From positions 1 to 64,000 of IMG/VR virus record IMGVR_UViG_3300027804_000001: DNA of 64,000 nt; one strand, given 5' to 3'. Shown in pieces: positions 10,027 through 21,037 of this stretch (position 1 is its first letter; every line of letters begins with the position of its first letter). The position numbers and the translations under genes were made by a program. The notes below the pieces were generated by a model. It saw only the letters and a program-made list of their open reading frames with translations. It had not been told where the DNA came from and made no database searches. This stretch comes from a virus. Taxonomy: Duplodnaviria; Caudoviricetes.

Positions 10027-10677
10027 ATGGAAATATTTTTAAGTGTAGACGGAGTCATAAGAAACACAATTCAAAAATTTGATTATCATTATAAAGATTT
10101 GTATTTAGATTCTGAACATGAATCTGAAAATAATTTTGAATATAATGTTATAGAACCAATTCATAATGATAATATCTTATCATCGTATCAATTTCAATCT
10201 GTTGATGAATTTGAATATTTTTTGTATATCGAATATCCAATAGAAATTTTTGGTCACGCGGGATTAAGTTATTCCACAACCTTTACCGATTTAAACAAAC
10301 TTATTTATGATAATCAAGATCATAATTTTACAATAGTTGGTTTGAATGAATTAGGTAAATCTAAACCCGCAACATTATTCTTTTTATCTAAAAACGGATT
10401 TTTAGGAAATAATATAAAATTTATTAAATCAAAAGATATCTCAAATGAGTGGGAAAAATGTGATGTATGGATTACAGATTCTAAAGAAATCATAAACTTA
10501 TGTCCGGAAAATAAAAGTGTAATAAAGTTTAATACAAGTTATAATCAACACTTTACACATACAAAAGAAATATCTAAATTAACAGAAATAAACGAACCAT
10601 GGTTGAAATTTTCGGAAAATACTATTACATCGACCTCGAAGCAATTACAGCAAAGTGCAGAACAGGAAACACAATAA
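10027..10677 (+). CDS. Degenerate HAD/5'(3')-deoxyribonucleotidase-like protein
   Basis: N-terminal SVDGVIRN (first catalytic Asp absent) and DVWITD. Confidence 0.45.
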   Translation: MEIFLSVDGVIRNTIQKFDYHYKDLYLDSEHESENNFEYNVIEPIHNDNILSSYQFQSVDEFEYFLYIEYPIEIFGHAGLSYSTTFTDLNKLIYDNQDHNFTIVGLNELGKSKPATLFFLSKNGFLGNNIKFIKSKDISNEWEKCDVWITDSKEIINLCPENKSVIKFNTSYNQHFTHTKEISKLTEINEPWLKFSENTITSTSKQLQQSAEQETQ

Positions 10678-10880
10678 AAAACGATGATGGTACAGAAACA
10701 ACAGAAATAAACATTTTTAAATATGAAATTTTAAAAATGTGTATAGAAAGAATTTTAAATGAATTTGATGAAAACGATGAAGGTATAGGAGTTTTTGGAC
10801 AAAAAGAAACCACAATATCATTCAGACTTGCATTTAACACATTAATAAAAAATAACATTTTAATTGAAGATGATGAGTAA
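10599..10880 (+). CDS. Hypothetical protein
   Basis: 93-aa ORF filling the gap between neighbours; 79-nt overlap with upstream ORF. Confidence 0.6.
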   Translation: MVEIFGKYYYIDLEAITAKCRTGNTIKNDDGTETTEINIFKYEILKMCIERILNEFDENDEGIGVFGQKETTISFRLAFNTLIKNNILIEDDE

Positions 10881-11940
10881 AAATAACGAGAATATAGAAA
10901 AATTAGAACAAGCATTAGGTAGATTAGAAAATCAACAAAATACAATTTATTTTCTTACCTACGATACTAAAAACAACCCAAGAGCGTCAGTTAAATACAT
11001 TTATGATTTGGCGTTAATATTGAAAGAAAATGGAACAAACACTAAAATTTTGGTTGAAGATAAAAATTATGGTGGTGTTTCTCATTGGCTAGAGGACAAG
11101 TATAACGAGATAGAAGTTGCATCTATTAAAGAAGATAAAATTGAAATTAAAATTGATGATGTTTTAGTTGTACCTGAATATTATTCAAATGTACTCCAAC
11201 AACTTGGAAATATTAAGTGTACTAAAGTTATGTTGGTACAACAAAAAGATTACATATTCGAAACTTTACCGGTAGGTAGTAGATGGAGAGATTATGGATT
11301 TGATAAAGTTATCACAACAACTGAAGGTTGTAAAAAATACATTTCAGAAATTTTTCCTGAAGCATTAGTACATATTATTCCACCAATTATCGAAGATAAT
11401 TTTTCAATAACAGAAAAAAATCAAAAACCTTTTATTGCAATTAGTTGTAGAGATAGAGTAATACATAGAAGAGTGATTTCTGAATTTTATTTAAAATATC
11501 CACAATTAAGATGGATTACATTTAGAGACATGGTACAAATGTCTTATAGTGAATTTTCAGATGCACTTAAAGAATGTTTTGTTTCTATTTGGGTAGATGA
11601 TGAATCAACATTTGGTACATTTCCATTAGAATCAATGAAGTGTGGTGTTCCTGTTGTTGGTAAAATACCGAACATGGAACCTGATTGGTTATCGGAAAAC
11701 GGAATGTGGTCATATGATACAAGTAAAATTGTTGATATTTTAGGAACATACACATTAGCTTGGTTAGAAGGTGTTGAATTACAAGATGAAGTAAAACAAA
11801 AAATGATTGAGACATTATTACCATATGATAAAACATTAACTGAAAATAATATATTATCAATTTTCAATTCATTTACAAATAAAAGAATTGATGCAATAAA
11901 AAATGCATTAGAAAAATTAAAAGTAGAAGAAACAGTATGA
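10864..11940 (+). CDS. Glycosyltransferase, GT-B fold (GT4-like)
   Basis: VPE...ESTFGTFPLESMKCGVPVVG C-terminal GT-B signature. Confidence 0.75.
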   Translation: MKMMSKNNENIEKLEQALGRLENQQNTIYFLTYDTKNNPRASVKYIYDLALILKENGTNTKILVEDKNYGGVSHWLEDKYNEIEVASIKEDKIEIKIDDVLVVPEYYSNVLQQLGNIKCTKVMLVQQKDYIFETLPVGSRWRDYGFDKVITTTEGCKKYISEIFPEALVHIIPPIIEDNFSITEKNQKPFIAISCRDRVIHRRVISEFYLKYPQLRWITFRDMVQMSYSEFSDALKECFVSIWVDDESTFGTFPLESMKCGVPVVGKIPNMEPDWLSENGMWSYDTSKIVDILGTYTLAWLEGVELQDEVKQKMIETLLPYDKTLTENNILSIFNSFTNKRIDAIKNALEKLKVEETV

Positions 11941-12716
11941 AAAAATATTCAATAATTTTACCAATACATGAAATCAATGAAGAATATAAAGTTATGTTAA
12001 ATAACGCAGTTTCTTCAATAGAAGACTTTCATAATGATGTTGTATTATTAGTTGTTTGTCCCCCAAGTGTTAAAAATGAAATTTCAAATATTTCACAAAA
12101 ATTAGAAGTAGAATATCTCATTAATTCAGGTGACACTGATTTTTGTTCACAAATAAATTTAGGTATTACCAATTGTAAAACTGAATGGTTTTCTATTTTA
12201 GAAATCGATGATGAATATAAATCAAATTGGATAAAAAATATTAATTCATATGTGAATGAAAATTCAGATGTTGATGTTTTTTTACCGATAGTAAAAGATG
12301 TTAACGTTGAGGGTTCGTTTATTAGTTTTACAAATGAATCTGCTTGGGCATATGGATTTACAGAAAAACAAGGATTGATTGATAATGAGGTTTTATTAGA
12401 TTATCAAAACTATCAAACAAGTGGTGGTTTATATAAAACAGAAGTTATCAAAGAAAATGGAATGTTTAAAGAAAACATGAAACTCACATTTAGTTATGAA
12501 TTTTTACTAAGATTAACACATAACGGTGTTAAAATTATGGTTGTTCCAAAAATAGGATACCAACATGTTAACTTTAGAGAAGACTCATTATTTTGGAAAT
12601 ACAAAAATAATGAAGAAACTAAGTTAACTGAAAATGAAGTTAAGTTTTGGTTAGATTCGGCCAAAAAAGAATTTTTCTTTAAAAATAAACGCGATATAAA
12701 ATATGTTGAATCGTAA
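11937..12716 (+). CDS. Glycosyltransferase family 2 (GT-A)
   Basis: SIILPI, QINLGI...TEWFSILEIDD, YEFLLRL motifs. Confidence 0.8.
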   Translation: MKKYSIILPIHEINEEYKVMLNNAVSSIEDFHNDVVLLVVCPPSVKNEISNISQKLEVEYLINSGDTDFCSQINLGITNCKTEWFSILEIDDEYKSNWIKNINSYVNENSDVDVFLPIVKDVNVEGSFISFTNESAWAYGFTEKQGLIDNEVLLDYQNYQTSGGLYKTEVIKENGMFKENMKLTFSYEFLLRLTHNGVKIMVVPKIGYQHVNFREDSLFWKYKNNEETKLTENEVKFWLDSAKKEFFFKNKRDIKYVES

Positions 12717-13415
12717 ATGCCAAGAAAAAGAACCCAAAAAATTTATTTTGGGGAGGATCAAGAGAAGGCGGTAGTCAGTTATTTAGAGAGTACTGATGAA
12801 ACAGAAAGAAATAAGATATTCAACGAATATTTACGTGAACCCCTAATTATAATGGTCGAATCAATTATTCGACGTTATAAACTATACAGAAAAGATCTTG
12901 AATTCCAAGAAATTCATGATGATACGATGTCTTTTTTATTGACCAAAATCAATAAATTTGACCATACAAAAAATCATAAAGCATATTCCTATTTCGGTAC
13001 TATTTGTAAGAATTACCTTATGGGGGCAATTCAAAAGGACACTAAAGAACAAAATAGACAGGTGTCGTATGATGATATTTCATCCTCCATTGAGGAAAGT
13101 ACGGAATATTCATATACAATGGATGAATATGTTGTAGATTATAGAGATGTCATTATTAAACTAACCGTAGACTTGGAAGAGTTTATTGAATCTGAAGAAT
13201 TAACCGAAAACGAACAAAAATTAGGTTATGCCCTATTAGAAATATTCTCAAATTTTGACAAAATATTTCAGGTTGGTGACGGAAACAAATTCAATAAAAA
13301 TTTAATATTACTCTCATTAAGAGAGATGACCTCACTAAGTACTAAAGAAATCAGGATATCAATCAAAAAATATAGAAAACTATATGATGGTATTATTGGT
13401 GGATTTTTAGAATAA
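12717..13415 (+). CDS. Putative phage sigma factor (sigma70 region 2, T4 gp55-like late sigma)
   Basis: KFDHTKNHKAYSYFGTICKNYL resembles region 2.3-2.4 of gp55-like sigmas. Confidence 0.65.
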   Translation: MPRKRTQKIYFGEDQEKAVVSYLESTDETERNKIFNEYLREPLIIMVESIIRRYKLYRKDLEFQEIHDDTMSFLLTKINKFDHTKNHKAYSYFGTICKNYLMGAIQKDTKEQNRQVSYDDISSSIEESTEYSYTMDEYVVDYRDVIIKLTVDLEEFIESEELTENEQKLGYALLEIFSNFDKIFQVGDGNKFNKNLILLSLREMTSLSTKEIRISIKKYRKLYDGIIGGFLE

Positions 13416-13429
13416 TTCTATTTATTGTT

Positions 13430-13804
13430 ATGGGAAGGGAAAGAAAAAATATTATTTCACTTGACGTGGATTCGGCATTGGCATTGATGCAAGAAATCTA
13501 TAATGATGTGGTGGAAAATAGAAATACCGCGTCTCAGATAATGAGAAAAATGATGTCTTTTATGAAAGACGCAGAAGACATGAGTGTCATTGGTCCGGTT
13601 ATTAAAGAACAACAAAAAATATTAAACGATTGTACTGAGAAGAAAATATCGTTAGTAAAATTACAGAGTGTTCTATTGAAACAAACATCTGGCGGGGGTG
13701 GTAAAACACCTTTAGGTAAGTTAGATTTAACCGATGAAGATAGGTTACTATTGGATAAAATGTTAAATGATACTTCTTCTGAAGAGGACAAATATAAACT
13801 ATAA
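13430..13804 (+). CDS. Hypothetical coiled-coil protein
   Basis: 124-aa ORF, TATTTAT 4 nt upstream. Confidence 0.7.
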   Translation: MGRERKNIISLDVDSALALMQEIYNDVVENRNTASQIMRKMMSFMKDAEDMSVIGPVIKEQQKILNDCTEKKISLVKLQSVLLKQTSGGGGKTPLGKLDLTDEDRLLLDKMLNDTSSEEDKYKL

Positions 13805-15726
13805 TGAGTAAGGTTAAAAATACTAAGAATAAATTAAAGTCTAAAATTGAGGCCATCAAAAAAATAAATGATGACCCTAAGGCTCTCGCTGATAGTATAT
13901 ATGATAAATATTTAAAAGATTTGCCATCCACAGATAAATTATTTGGAAAAAAATTAGATGATTTTTTAGAAAAAAGAAGAAAAAAGAACGAAAACAAGAA
14001 AGACATTTTTGGGGAGTTAATGGAAATTGTTGATTCCATTTTAAATTCAAATAGTAAAACTGATAAAAATAAAGATAAAAATATACCCACTAAGTTATTT
14101 TCTAAGAAAAGATTAAAATTTCACGCCGAAAGGGCCTCCGAAAAAACATTAGAACAATCTAAAGAGATTATATTAGACAATGTTAAAAAAGTATTTTTTG
14201 CTTCTGATGGAGAAAGTATTTGTGGAACAAACCAAACAATTACCGTCGATTCGTTATATATAAAACCTCAAGAATTTGATTTTTTAAATGTTTTAACTGT
14301 TGACCCAACAAGTGCAACAGGTCAAATTGTTTATGAACCCACAACAGGTAGTACTAAAACAAAAGTTAATAGAGAATTGTACGACACGTTCTCAGGTAGT
14401 ACGTTTGAAATGAAAACAAAATCTGGTGATTCGTTATTTGACATGAATTGGGTTGAATCTGACCAAAAATGGAATATATCTGGTTTAACTTTAAACTCTT
14501 ATAACGTAGAGGAATTTTTAAATCATTATTATTCGTCTTTAGAATTACCTGACATACAACACATAGTTAAAACATCTATATTAATGACAATTAACAGTGG
14601 TGAATCAAATCCATTATTTGATAAGGGATTAAACAACATAAATAGACTTTTAAATAAGTTAATGGCAATATGTGGAACTCCGACTGATAAAAATAAACTT
14701 AAAAATCAGAATGCCGTAGATTTATTTGATGAAAATGATGAAGACGTTGAACTATATTTTAATTTTGATGACGTTGAGGGTATTGATATAGATGATGAAG
14801 ACGCTAGATATAGAAAGGTATTAAGATTCACAGACTGTAATAATTTCGAAATACCTGTAAATAAAACCATGTTAGAGGATTTTGTGTACTTAAGTTACAA
14901 AAAAACACCTAATGATTTAGTTGAATCAACTTTAAATAGAGTTGCAACAGAAGCAGAAGCTAAATCGGACAGTTCTATCCCACAAGTTCAATTTAATTTA
15001 AACTTATTAAATTTATATATTTTAAATTTACCCAAGGCATTAATTATGTCCGTTTTTTCACCTAAAGTATTTTTACCAATTATTTTATTATATAAAATTT
15101 TAAAATCTGGTATAAATGAAGTTTTAGTTGAGGTGACCAATGTCTTATCATACATGAAAAATTTATTCAAATTATTTTATGCTATAATAAAAGATTTATT
15201 TTGGTTATTTATTAGAGAATTTTGGAAATTAATAAAACCAGATTTAATTGCGTTTGTTATGTTAATTGCCAAAAAAATACTTAAAAATAAGTATAAAAGA
15301 TATGCAATAATAATAACCGCATTAATTGCACTTTTAACTAAAATATTAGAAGATGGTATAGACAATTGTTTTGCAATTTTTAATACAATATTAAGTACAA
15401 TTCAAAGTGCATTAAGTTTAAAAAGTCCTCTTTCTATTCCTGGTATATTAATTGCACTTTCAGATAAATTACCTGGGTACAGTCAAGACAGGGCATACTT
15501 GAATATTGTAGAAAGATTAGAAAATTTAGGAATTTCAATTGGTCCTATTTTTGGTGAACCAAATAACCTACCATCAATAATAAAATCAATTATTGATGGT
15601 CACACAGAAGAACAAGATACAAATTCATTCATAAGTGTTTCAAATAAAGAAATAATAATACCATCACCTGTTGGCCCTATAGTAATTCCTCCGGGAATTT
15701 TAAATAGTTCAGGTAAAATGTTTTAA
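13804..15726 (+). CDS. Large hypothetical protein (possibly structural)
   Basis: 640-aa ORF, hydrophobic helical C-terminal third, upstream of a gp5-like gene. Confidence 0.75.
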   Translation: MSKVKNTKNKLKSKIEAIKKINDDPKALADSIYDKYLKDLPSTDKLFGKKLDDFLEKRRKKNENKKDIFGELMEIVDSILNSNSKTDKNKDKNIPTKLFSKKRLKFHAERASEKTLEQSKEIILDNVKKVFFASDGESICGTNQTITVDSLYIKPQEFDFLNVLTVDPTSATGQIVYEPTTGSTKTKVNRELYDTFSGSTFEMKTKSGDSLFDMNWVESDQKWNISGLTLNSYNVEEFLNHYYSSLELPDIQHIVKTSILMTINSGESNPLFDKGLNNINRLLNKLMAICGTPTDKNKLKNQNAVDLFDENDEDVELYFNFDDVEGIDIDDEDARYRKVLRFTDCNNFEIPVNKTMLEDFVYLSYKKTPNDLVESTLNRVATEAEAKSDSSIPQVQFNLNLLNLYILNLPKALIMSVFSPKVFLPIILLYKILKSGINEVLVEVTNVLSYMKNLFKLFYAIIKDLFWLFIREFWKLIKPDLIAFVMLIAKKILKNKYKRYAIIITALIALLTKILEDGIDNCFAIFNTILSTIQSALSLKSPLSIPGILIALSDKLPGYSQDRAYLNIVERLENLGISIGPIFGEPNNLPSIIKSIIDGHTEEQDTNSFISVSNKEIIIPSPVGPIVIPPGILNSSGKMF

Positions 15727-15729
15727 TAT

Positions 15730-15927
15730 ATGGACATAAATAAAATCATAGAAATATCAAATGATGTTGAAAACAAATCAAATAAGGATTTATTCTCAAC
15801 GTTAGAAATACTTTCGGTTGAATTTGAAAAAACAAAAACATTGATATTAGATTTGACAAGACATCTTGAAAATGTTGAAAACACGTATGATAAAATAAAT
15901 AAAGAAATAGGTAAAAGAATAAAATAA
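15730..15927 (+). CDS. Small coiled-coil protein
   Basis: 65-aa ORF with 1-3 nt spacing to both neighbours. Confidence 0.65.
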   Translation: MDINKIIEISNDVENKSNKDLFSTLEILSVEFEKTKTLILDLTRHLENVENTYDKINKEIGKRIK

Positions 15928-15928
15928 A

Positions 15929-17497
15929 ATGAAAATAATTGATTTAGGTATTTGTATTGATAACAAAGACCCTAAAGGTTTAGGTAGAATAAGATGTGTT
16001 AGATTTTCAGACTACGTTTCAGAAAAAGAAAAGGCAGACAAATACGAGCCATTTTCTGAAAATGATATTTTCATGGCTATACCTTTTTTACCAACAAACA
16101 TTAATTTTATTCCCGAAATTGACCAAGCGGTAAAGATTCTAAATTATAATACCGATAAAGAAAATGTTAATATAGAATATGTTGCGGGTCCTTTTACAAC
16201 TACATTTAATTTTAACGACCAAAGCTTTTCACCCCAAACAACGGATACCTCATACGGAAGAACAATAAAACCAAAACCCGATATTTTTGATAAAAATCAG
16301 AATTACAAAAAAAAGTCATCCGTTGGTTCTATTGCAAAAAAAGAAGATTTTGGTGTTTATGGAAAATATGGTTCAGATTTAATATTCACAGAAAACGGAT
16401 TACAACTTAGGGGTGGTAAATTATTGTCAAAAGAAAGAGCAAATCCAAAAGATAGAAATGACATGTACTCTTTCCCAATAATGTCTAAGAAAAATTCATC
16501 TTTAATATTAAAAAAATTTCCATATAAAATGGAAATTAAACCAAATGAAACTACCGTTGAAACAAGTGAAGTTAAAGATTTGAATTATTTGATTGAATAT
16601 AATCTTGTCGATAATGTAGGTAACACATCAATTTCAAATCCACATTCTATTCAATTCTTTGTTTATAAAATAACCAAAGCATATGGTGATATTTTGAAAA
16701 CAAACGTCTTCAATGAAAATACAACAGTTCCTACTGATTTAAAAAAATTAATAAACATTGAAAATAACACAACATCACCGACACAGGAAATAATATTAAA
16801 TAATACTGGATATACGTTTGTTGCGGGTGAAATAAGAGATTTTATTTACACTTTACATGAAAAAAATTTAAGTAAGATAAATCCATTGTATGAAAAAAAG
16901 GATTTACATCCTTTTTATTTTAGACCCAAACAAGAATTAATAACTATAACAGGTACAACAAATGAAATAACATATAAAAAAAATTTCTTATCTGATATTA
17001 CAATATATGGTACTGTTGGACCAAAGAGTGGTTTAGTTTTTTCATTAGGAAACCTTTCACCAAAAGTTACACCCAAAAAAATAATTAAGGATACTGTTTA
17101 TTTGGATAAAAATTCAGAGGAACAATGTTTTTCAACACTAAAATCTGATAAGTTATTTATACTTTCTACTGATACTAATACACCCGAAAATCCAACAAGT
17201 TATTTACGTGAACAAATCCCCGTAACCCCCTCCTCAATACAATTCGAAAAATTGGATAAATACGATTTTACACAAAATAACTATATTGAGGATATTGAAC
17301 CAAACACGTATGCACTTGTTAGGGGTGATAACTTGGTTGAGTTGTTGAAAACATTAATTGAGGTTTTTGAAAATCATGAACATAATGTGGTTGGACCCCC
17401 TGTGTTAAATTCAGAATTCGAACAATATGTAAAATTGACAAAACTTAAGGATGGTATAGTTAATGATTTATTGAACAAATCAATTCGAATCAATTAA
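15929..17497 (+). CDS. Baseplate hub/spike-like protein with gp5 N-terminal OB-fold
   Basis: GICIDNKDPKGLGRIRCV...IPEIDQAVKI; C-terminal HEHNVVGPP typical of spike proteins. Confidence 0.6.
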   Translation: MKIIDLGICIDNKDPKGLGRIRCVRFSDYVSEKEKADKYEPFSENDIFMAIPFLPTNINFIPEIDQAVKILNYNTDKENVNIEYVAGPFTTTFNFNDQSFSPQTTDTSYGRTIKPKPDIFDKNQNYKKKSSVGSIAKKEDFGVYGKYGSDLIFTENGLQLRGGKLLSKERANPKDRNDMYSFPIMSKKNSSLILKKFPYKMEIKPNETTVETSEVKDLNYLIEYNLVDNVGNTSISNPHSIQFFVYKITKAYGDILKTNVFNENTTVPTDLKKLINIENNTTSPTQEIILNNTGYTFVAGEIRDFIYTLHEKNLSKINPLYEKKDLHPFYFRPKQELITITGTTNEITYKKNFLSDITIYGTVGPKSGLVFSLGNLSPKVTPKKIIKDTVYLDKNSEEQCFSTLKSDKLFILSTDTNTPENPTSYLREQIPVTPSSIQFEKLDKYDFTQNNYIEDIEPNTYALVRGDNLVELLKTLIEVFENHEHNVVGPPVLNSEFEQYVKLTKLKDGIVNDLLNKSIRIN

Positions 17498-17520
17498 TTT
17501 GATATTTATAAAATAAAAAG

Positions 17521-18891
17521 ATGTCATATTTTCGTTCATATTTTGAAAAAAATAATACCATTATTAAAAATTCTCAGGTAAACACCGCAAAAAACCCAAC
17601 AAGTGAGATTTTTTATGGTAGTTCATTTTCTAAGTTTATATTTAAAATAGACTTTACCGATTTACAAAATAAAATAGATAACGGTGATTTAGTAATCACA
17701 CCTGAAACAAAACATACCCTACATTTAACAAATACGATTTTTGGTGATGAAACCTTTTTAGGTGCCAAAAGAGGTACAGGTAGACAAAGGACCAATTCTT
17801 TTGATTTAATATTGTTTGAAGTACCTGAATTTTGGGATGAAGGTCTTGGTTTTGATTACGAAGATGGTGGATATGATTTTACCACCGGTAATGTGACTTT
17901 TGACGAAAGACCATCAAACTGGTTTAATAGAACAACTTTAAATTCTTGGACTTCTGAGGGTATCTATTCAGATTCTCCAACAATAGTTGATACAATACAT
18001 TTTGATAATGGTAATGAGGATATACATGTGGATATTACGGATTATGTAAATGGAATTTTAAATGGAGATACAAATCATGGTTTAGGTTTGGCGTTTGCTG
18101 TTTTATATCAAGATATTGAATCTGAGATTGATCAGTCCGTGGCGTTTTTTACAAAATATACACAAACATTTTTTGAACCATATGTTGAATCATTTTTTGA
18201 TGATAGAATAAATGATGATAGGTTAAATTTTGTTGAAAACACAGAACAAAATCTGTATCTATATGTAACAAAAGGGACTAATTTTTATGATTTAGACGAT
18301 GACCCAATTGTGGATATTTTAAATTCATCGGGTTCTGTGATAAGTGGATTATCAAACATAACCGCAACCAAAATAAAAAAAGGTATTTATAAAATTTCAT
18401 TCGGTTTAGATGGTGTTATTTGTGATGGTAAAAGATTTTACTTCGATAAATGGAAAAACTTAAGTATTGATGGAGTTTCAATTTCTGACGTAACCCAAAG
18501 ATTTATACCTAAACCATTAACTTCATTATACACAATAGGAGATAACCCAAAAGATTTAGATAGATATGCTATACAATTCTTTGGTGTAAAACAAAACGAA
18601 AAAATAATTAGAGGTGAATATAGAAAAATTGTAATAACATTTAAATCCATAAACGAACCACTTCCTGTTTTATTTGATGAAGTTTTTTATAGAATATACA
18701 TAAAAGAAGGTAAAACAAATGTTATTGTTCATGATTGGACTCAATTAGATGTGACAAATGAAAATTCTTTTACTTTAGATACTTCCATTTATATACCAAG
18801 AGAATATTATATTGAAATAAAAGGTAAAACACATTCTGAGGAGATTTTCTATGAAAATGAAATAAAGTTTGAAATAGTGTCAGAAAAATAA
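17521..18891 (+). CDS. Putative virion structural protein
   Basis: 456-aa beta-rich ORF with TATTTATA at 17503-17510. Confidence 0.65.
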   Translation: MSYFRSYFEKNNTIIKNSQVNTAKNPTSEIFYGSSFSKFIFKIDFTDLQNKIDNGDLVITPETKHTLHLTNTIFGDETFLGAKRGTGRQRTNSFDLILFEVPEFWDEGLGFDYEDGGYDFTTGNVTFDERPSNWFNRTTLNSWTSEGIYSDSPTIVDTIHFDNGNEDIHVDITDYVNGILNGDTNHGLGLAFAVLYQDIESEIDQSVAFFTKYTQTFFEPYVESFFDDRINDDRLNFVENTEQNLYLYVTKGTNFYDLDDDPIVDILNSSGSVISGLSNITATKIKKGIYKISFGLDGVICDGKRFYFDKWKNLSIDGVSISDVTQRFIPKPLTSLYTIGDNPKDLDRYAIQFFGVKQNEKIIRGEYRKIVITFKSINEPLPVLFDEVFYRIYIKEGKTNVIVHDWTQLDVTNENSFTLDTSIYIPREYYIEIKGKTHSEEIFYENEIKFEIVSEK

Positions 18892-18905
18892 AGTATTTAT
18901 ATATT

Positions 18906-19364
18906 ATGAAAAATTTAGAAGATATTATAAAAAAACACCTTAGAACCATTTCAGAAGGTGGTGAAATGAAACACGAAAACTATATGTTTTTCGGTAACAT
19001 AGAACAAATGAAAAGACAGTGTGAATTGTTAATGAACGAAGATCACGGTACTATAGATAATATACTTAAAGAACACGATTGGGCACAAGATCACATTGCT
19101 GAGGCTAAAAGTCTTTTAGACCAAGTTTTTGATTTTCTTATGAATCAAACAAAAGGTGGTGATAAAGAAGTAGAAGAAATTTATCTTAGTGAAGAATATC
19201 AAATAGACGAAAGTAAAAATTGTCCTACTGACCCCGATAAATGGGCATCATCTAAAGCTGCGGCAAAATCAAAATTCGATGTTTATCCTTCAGCATATGC
19301 AAATGGTTGGGCAGCAAAAAATTACAAATCTAAGGGTGGTGGATGGAGAAAATGTAAAAAATAG
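18906..19364 (+). CDS. Conserved phage protein (PSAYANGW...YK..GGGW motif), probably head-associated
   Basis: Acidic linker then basic C-terminal domain; TATTTATA 4 nt upstream. Confidence 0.7.
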   Translation: MKNLEDIIKKHLRTISEGGEMKHENYMFFGNIEQMKRQCELLMNEDHGTIDNILKEHDWAQDHIAEAKSLLDQVFDFLMNQTKGGDKEVEEIYLSEEYQIDESKNCPTDPDKWASSKAAAKSKFDVYPSAYANGWAAKNYKSKGGGWRKCKK

Positions 19365-20336
19365 TTGGTCATGAAAATACTTGTAAACGAAGACGATTTA
19401 AAATACATTGAAGAATCCATTATGAATGGTGATGTCCTTAAAGAGGACCTTAGAAGATGGTTTAAAGAAAAATGGGTTGATGTATCTAAAAAAGTAGATG
19501 GTAAACACCCACCATGTGGTAGAAAAGACGCCGATAGTAAATCATATCCAAAATGTAGACCATCCAAAAAAGTATCAAAAGAAACACCAAAAGTTGCATC
19601 TTCATATGATAAAAAAGAGAAGAAAGCAATGACATCACAAAAAAGACGTGCAGAAAAAAAAGACCCCAAGATAGGTAAAGGTAATAAACCAACAATGACA
19701 CATTTTGATGAAAATCAGATTATTAGTTTAGTAATTGAAGATATTAAAAATGTTCAGAATGGACCAAGGTTAACTACGTTATCTGAAAACAGAATTAATT
19801 TAAGTGAAGGTTTATCATATCACATAAACAATAATAAACCATTAATTGAAAACATTTATAGAGTTTATTCGGAGAAATTCTTTCAATTATTTAACGAAGC
19901 TAGAATTAACATGACTTCAGGTTTTATTGAAGTTGATGAAGAAGATGGTGAAATATTAAACACAGACATTGGTCAAACAGGAATTTACGAAGGAGAAGAA
20001 GTTTATTTAGATATACCATTTGTATTGGATGAAGAAGAATATCTTGTTGAAGCAAAACATAGAGGTAGAAATGTAAAATTAAATAAACCATTCAGAACGC
20101 CTGGTGGACCAAAAAAATTCGCAGTATATGTTAAAACTCCTGGTGGAAATATTAAAAAGGTTACCTTTGGTGATCCCAATCTTAAAATAAGAAGTTCCAA
20201 TAAAAAGGCGGCAAAATCTTTTAGAGCAAGACACAAATGTCAACAAAAGAAAGATAGAACAACAGCGGGTTATTGGAGTTGTAACATTTCAAGATATCGT
20301 AAAGCCTTAGGAATCAAATCATCAAATCCTTGGTAA
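19365..20336 (+). CDS. Multi-domain basic phage protein, probably head-associated
   Basis: EDLRRWFKEKWVDV..CGR..YPKCRP and SFRARHKC...AGYWSC domains joined by Glu-rich linkers. Confidence 0.75.
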   Translation: MVMKILVNEDDLKYIEESIMNGDVLKEDLRRWFKEKWVDVSKKVDGKHPPCGRKDADSKSYPKCRPSKKVSKETPKVASSYDKKEKKAMTSQKRRAEKKDPKIGKGNKPTMTHFDENQIISLVIEDIKNVQNGPRLTTLSENRINLSEGLSYHINNNKPLIENIYRVYSEKFFQLFNEARINMTSGFIEVDEEDGEILNTDIGQTGIYEGEEVYLDIPFVLDEEEYLVEAKHRGRNVKLNKPFRTPGGPKKFAVYVKTPGGNIKKVTFGDPNLKIRSSNKKAAKSFRARHKCQQKKDRTTAGYWSCNISRYRKALGIKSSNPW

Positions 20337-20635
20337 TGGATTTCCCATTTAAAGAAGAATTAAAAAACGGATTTAATATTAGAACATTTTCGTCTAATTT
20401 AACTGAAATGGAACTTAAGTGGCATTTCGATGAAGAAGACCGTATAATTATATGTGAATACGACACAGATTGGTTATTTCAAATAGATGACGAATTACCC
20501 ATTAAAATCAATAGAAATACCCCTATTTTCATTCCAGAAGGTCAATACCATAGAATCATCAAAGGAACGGGAGATTTAACCTTAAAAGTCAAAAAACTAA
20601 TAAAAAAAGACCTCAATTCCACACTCATTAAGTAA
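20330..20635 (+). CDS. Cupin-like protein
   Basis: WHFDEED...IFIPEGQYHRIIKG. Confidence 0.6.
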   Translation: MVMDFPFKEELKNGFNIRTFSSNLTEMELKWHFDEEDRIIICEYDTDWLFQIDDELPIKINRNTPIFIPEGQYHRIIKGTGDLTLKVKKLIKKDLNSTLIK

Positions 20636-21037
20636 CTGTAAACTCTTAGATTGGGATTCTTCCCATTTTTCTTTATTTTTAGTTGTACAGACACTTTTAC
20701 ACCATACAATTTTAATACCCGAATTTACAATACCTCTAGCACAATCCATACATGGTAATCCTGAGGTTAGATATATTGTGGAACCTTTAAGGGGGGTTCC
20801 GACACGAGCCGCGTTATATATTGCATTACGCTCAGCATGTTCAAACCAGAAGTACTTTTCAGGTCTTTCCTGACGTTCTTGTTTTGAATCGTCCATTCCC
20901 CTTGGAAACGAATTATAACCCGTAGAAAGTACCTCATTGTCTTGCCCAACAATAACCGCACCTATCTGTGTTGATTGGTCTTTTGATTTTAATTTAACTT
21001 GTTCGGCAATACTTAAAAAATATTCGGTCCAATTCAT
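20597..21037 (-). CDS. dCMP deaminase (ComEB/CDA family)
   Basis: HAERNAI and PCMDCA zinc motifs; start moved to ATG 21037 (MNWTEYF). Confidence 0.92.
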   Translation of the reverse strand: MNWTEYFLSIAEQVKLKSKDQSTQIGAVIVGQDNEVLSTGYNSFPRGMDDSKQERQERPEKYFWFEHAERNAIYNAARVGTPLKGSTIYLTSGLPCMDCARGIVNSGIKIVWCKSVCTTKNKEKWEESQSKSLQLLNECGIEVFFY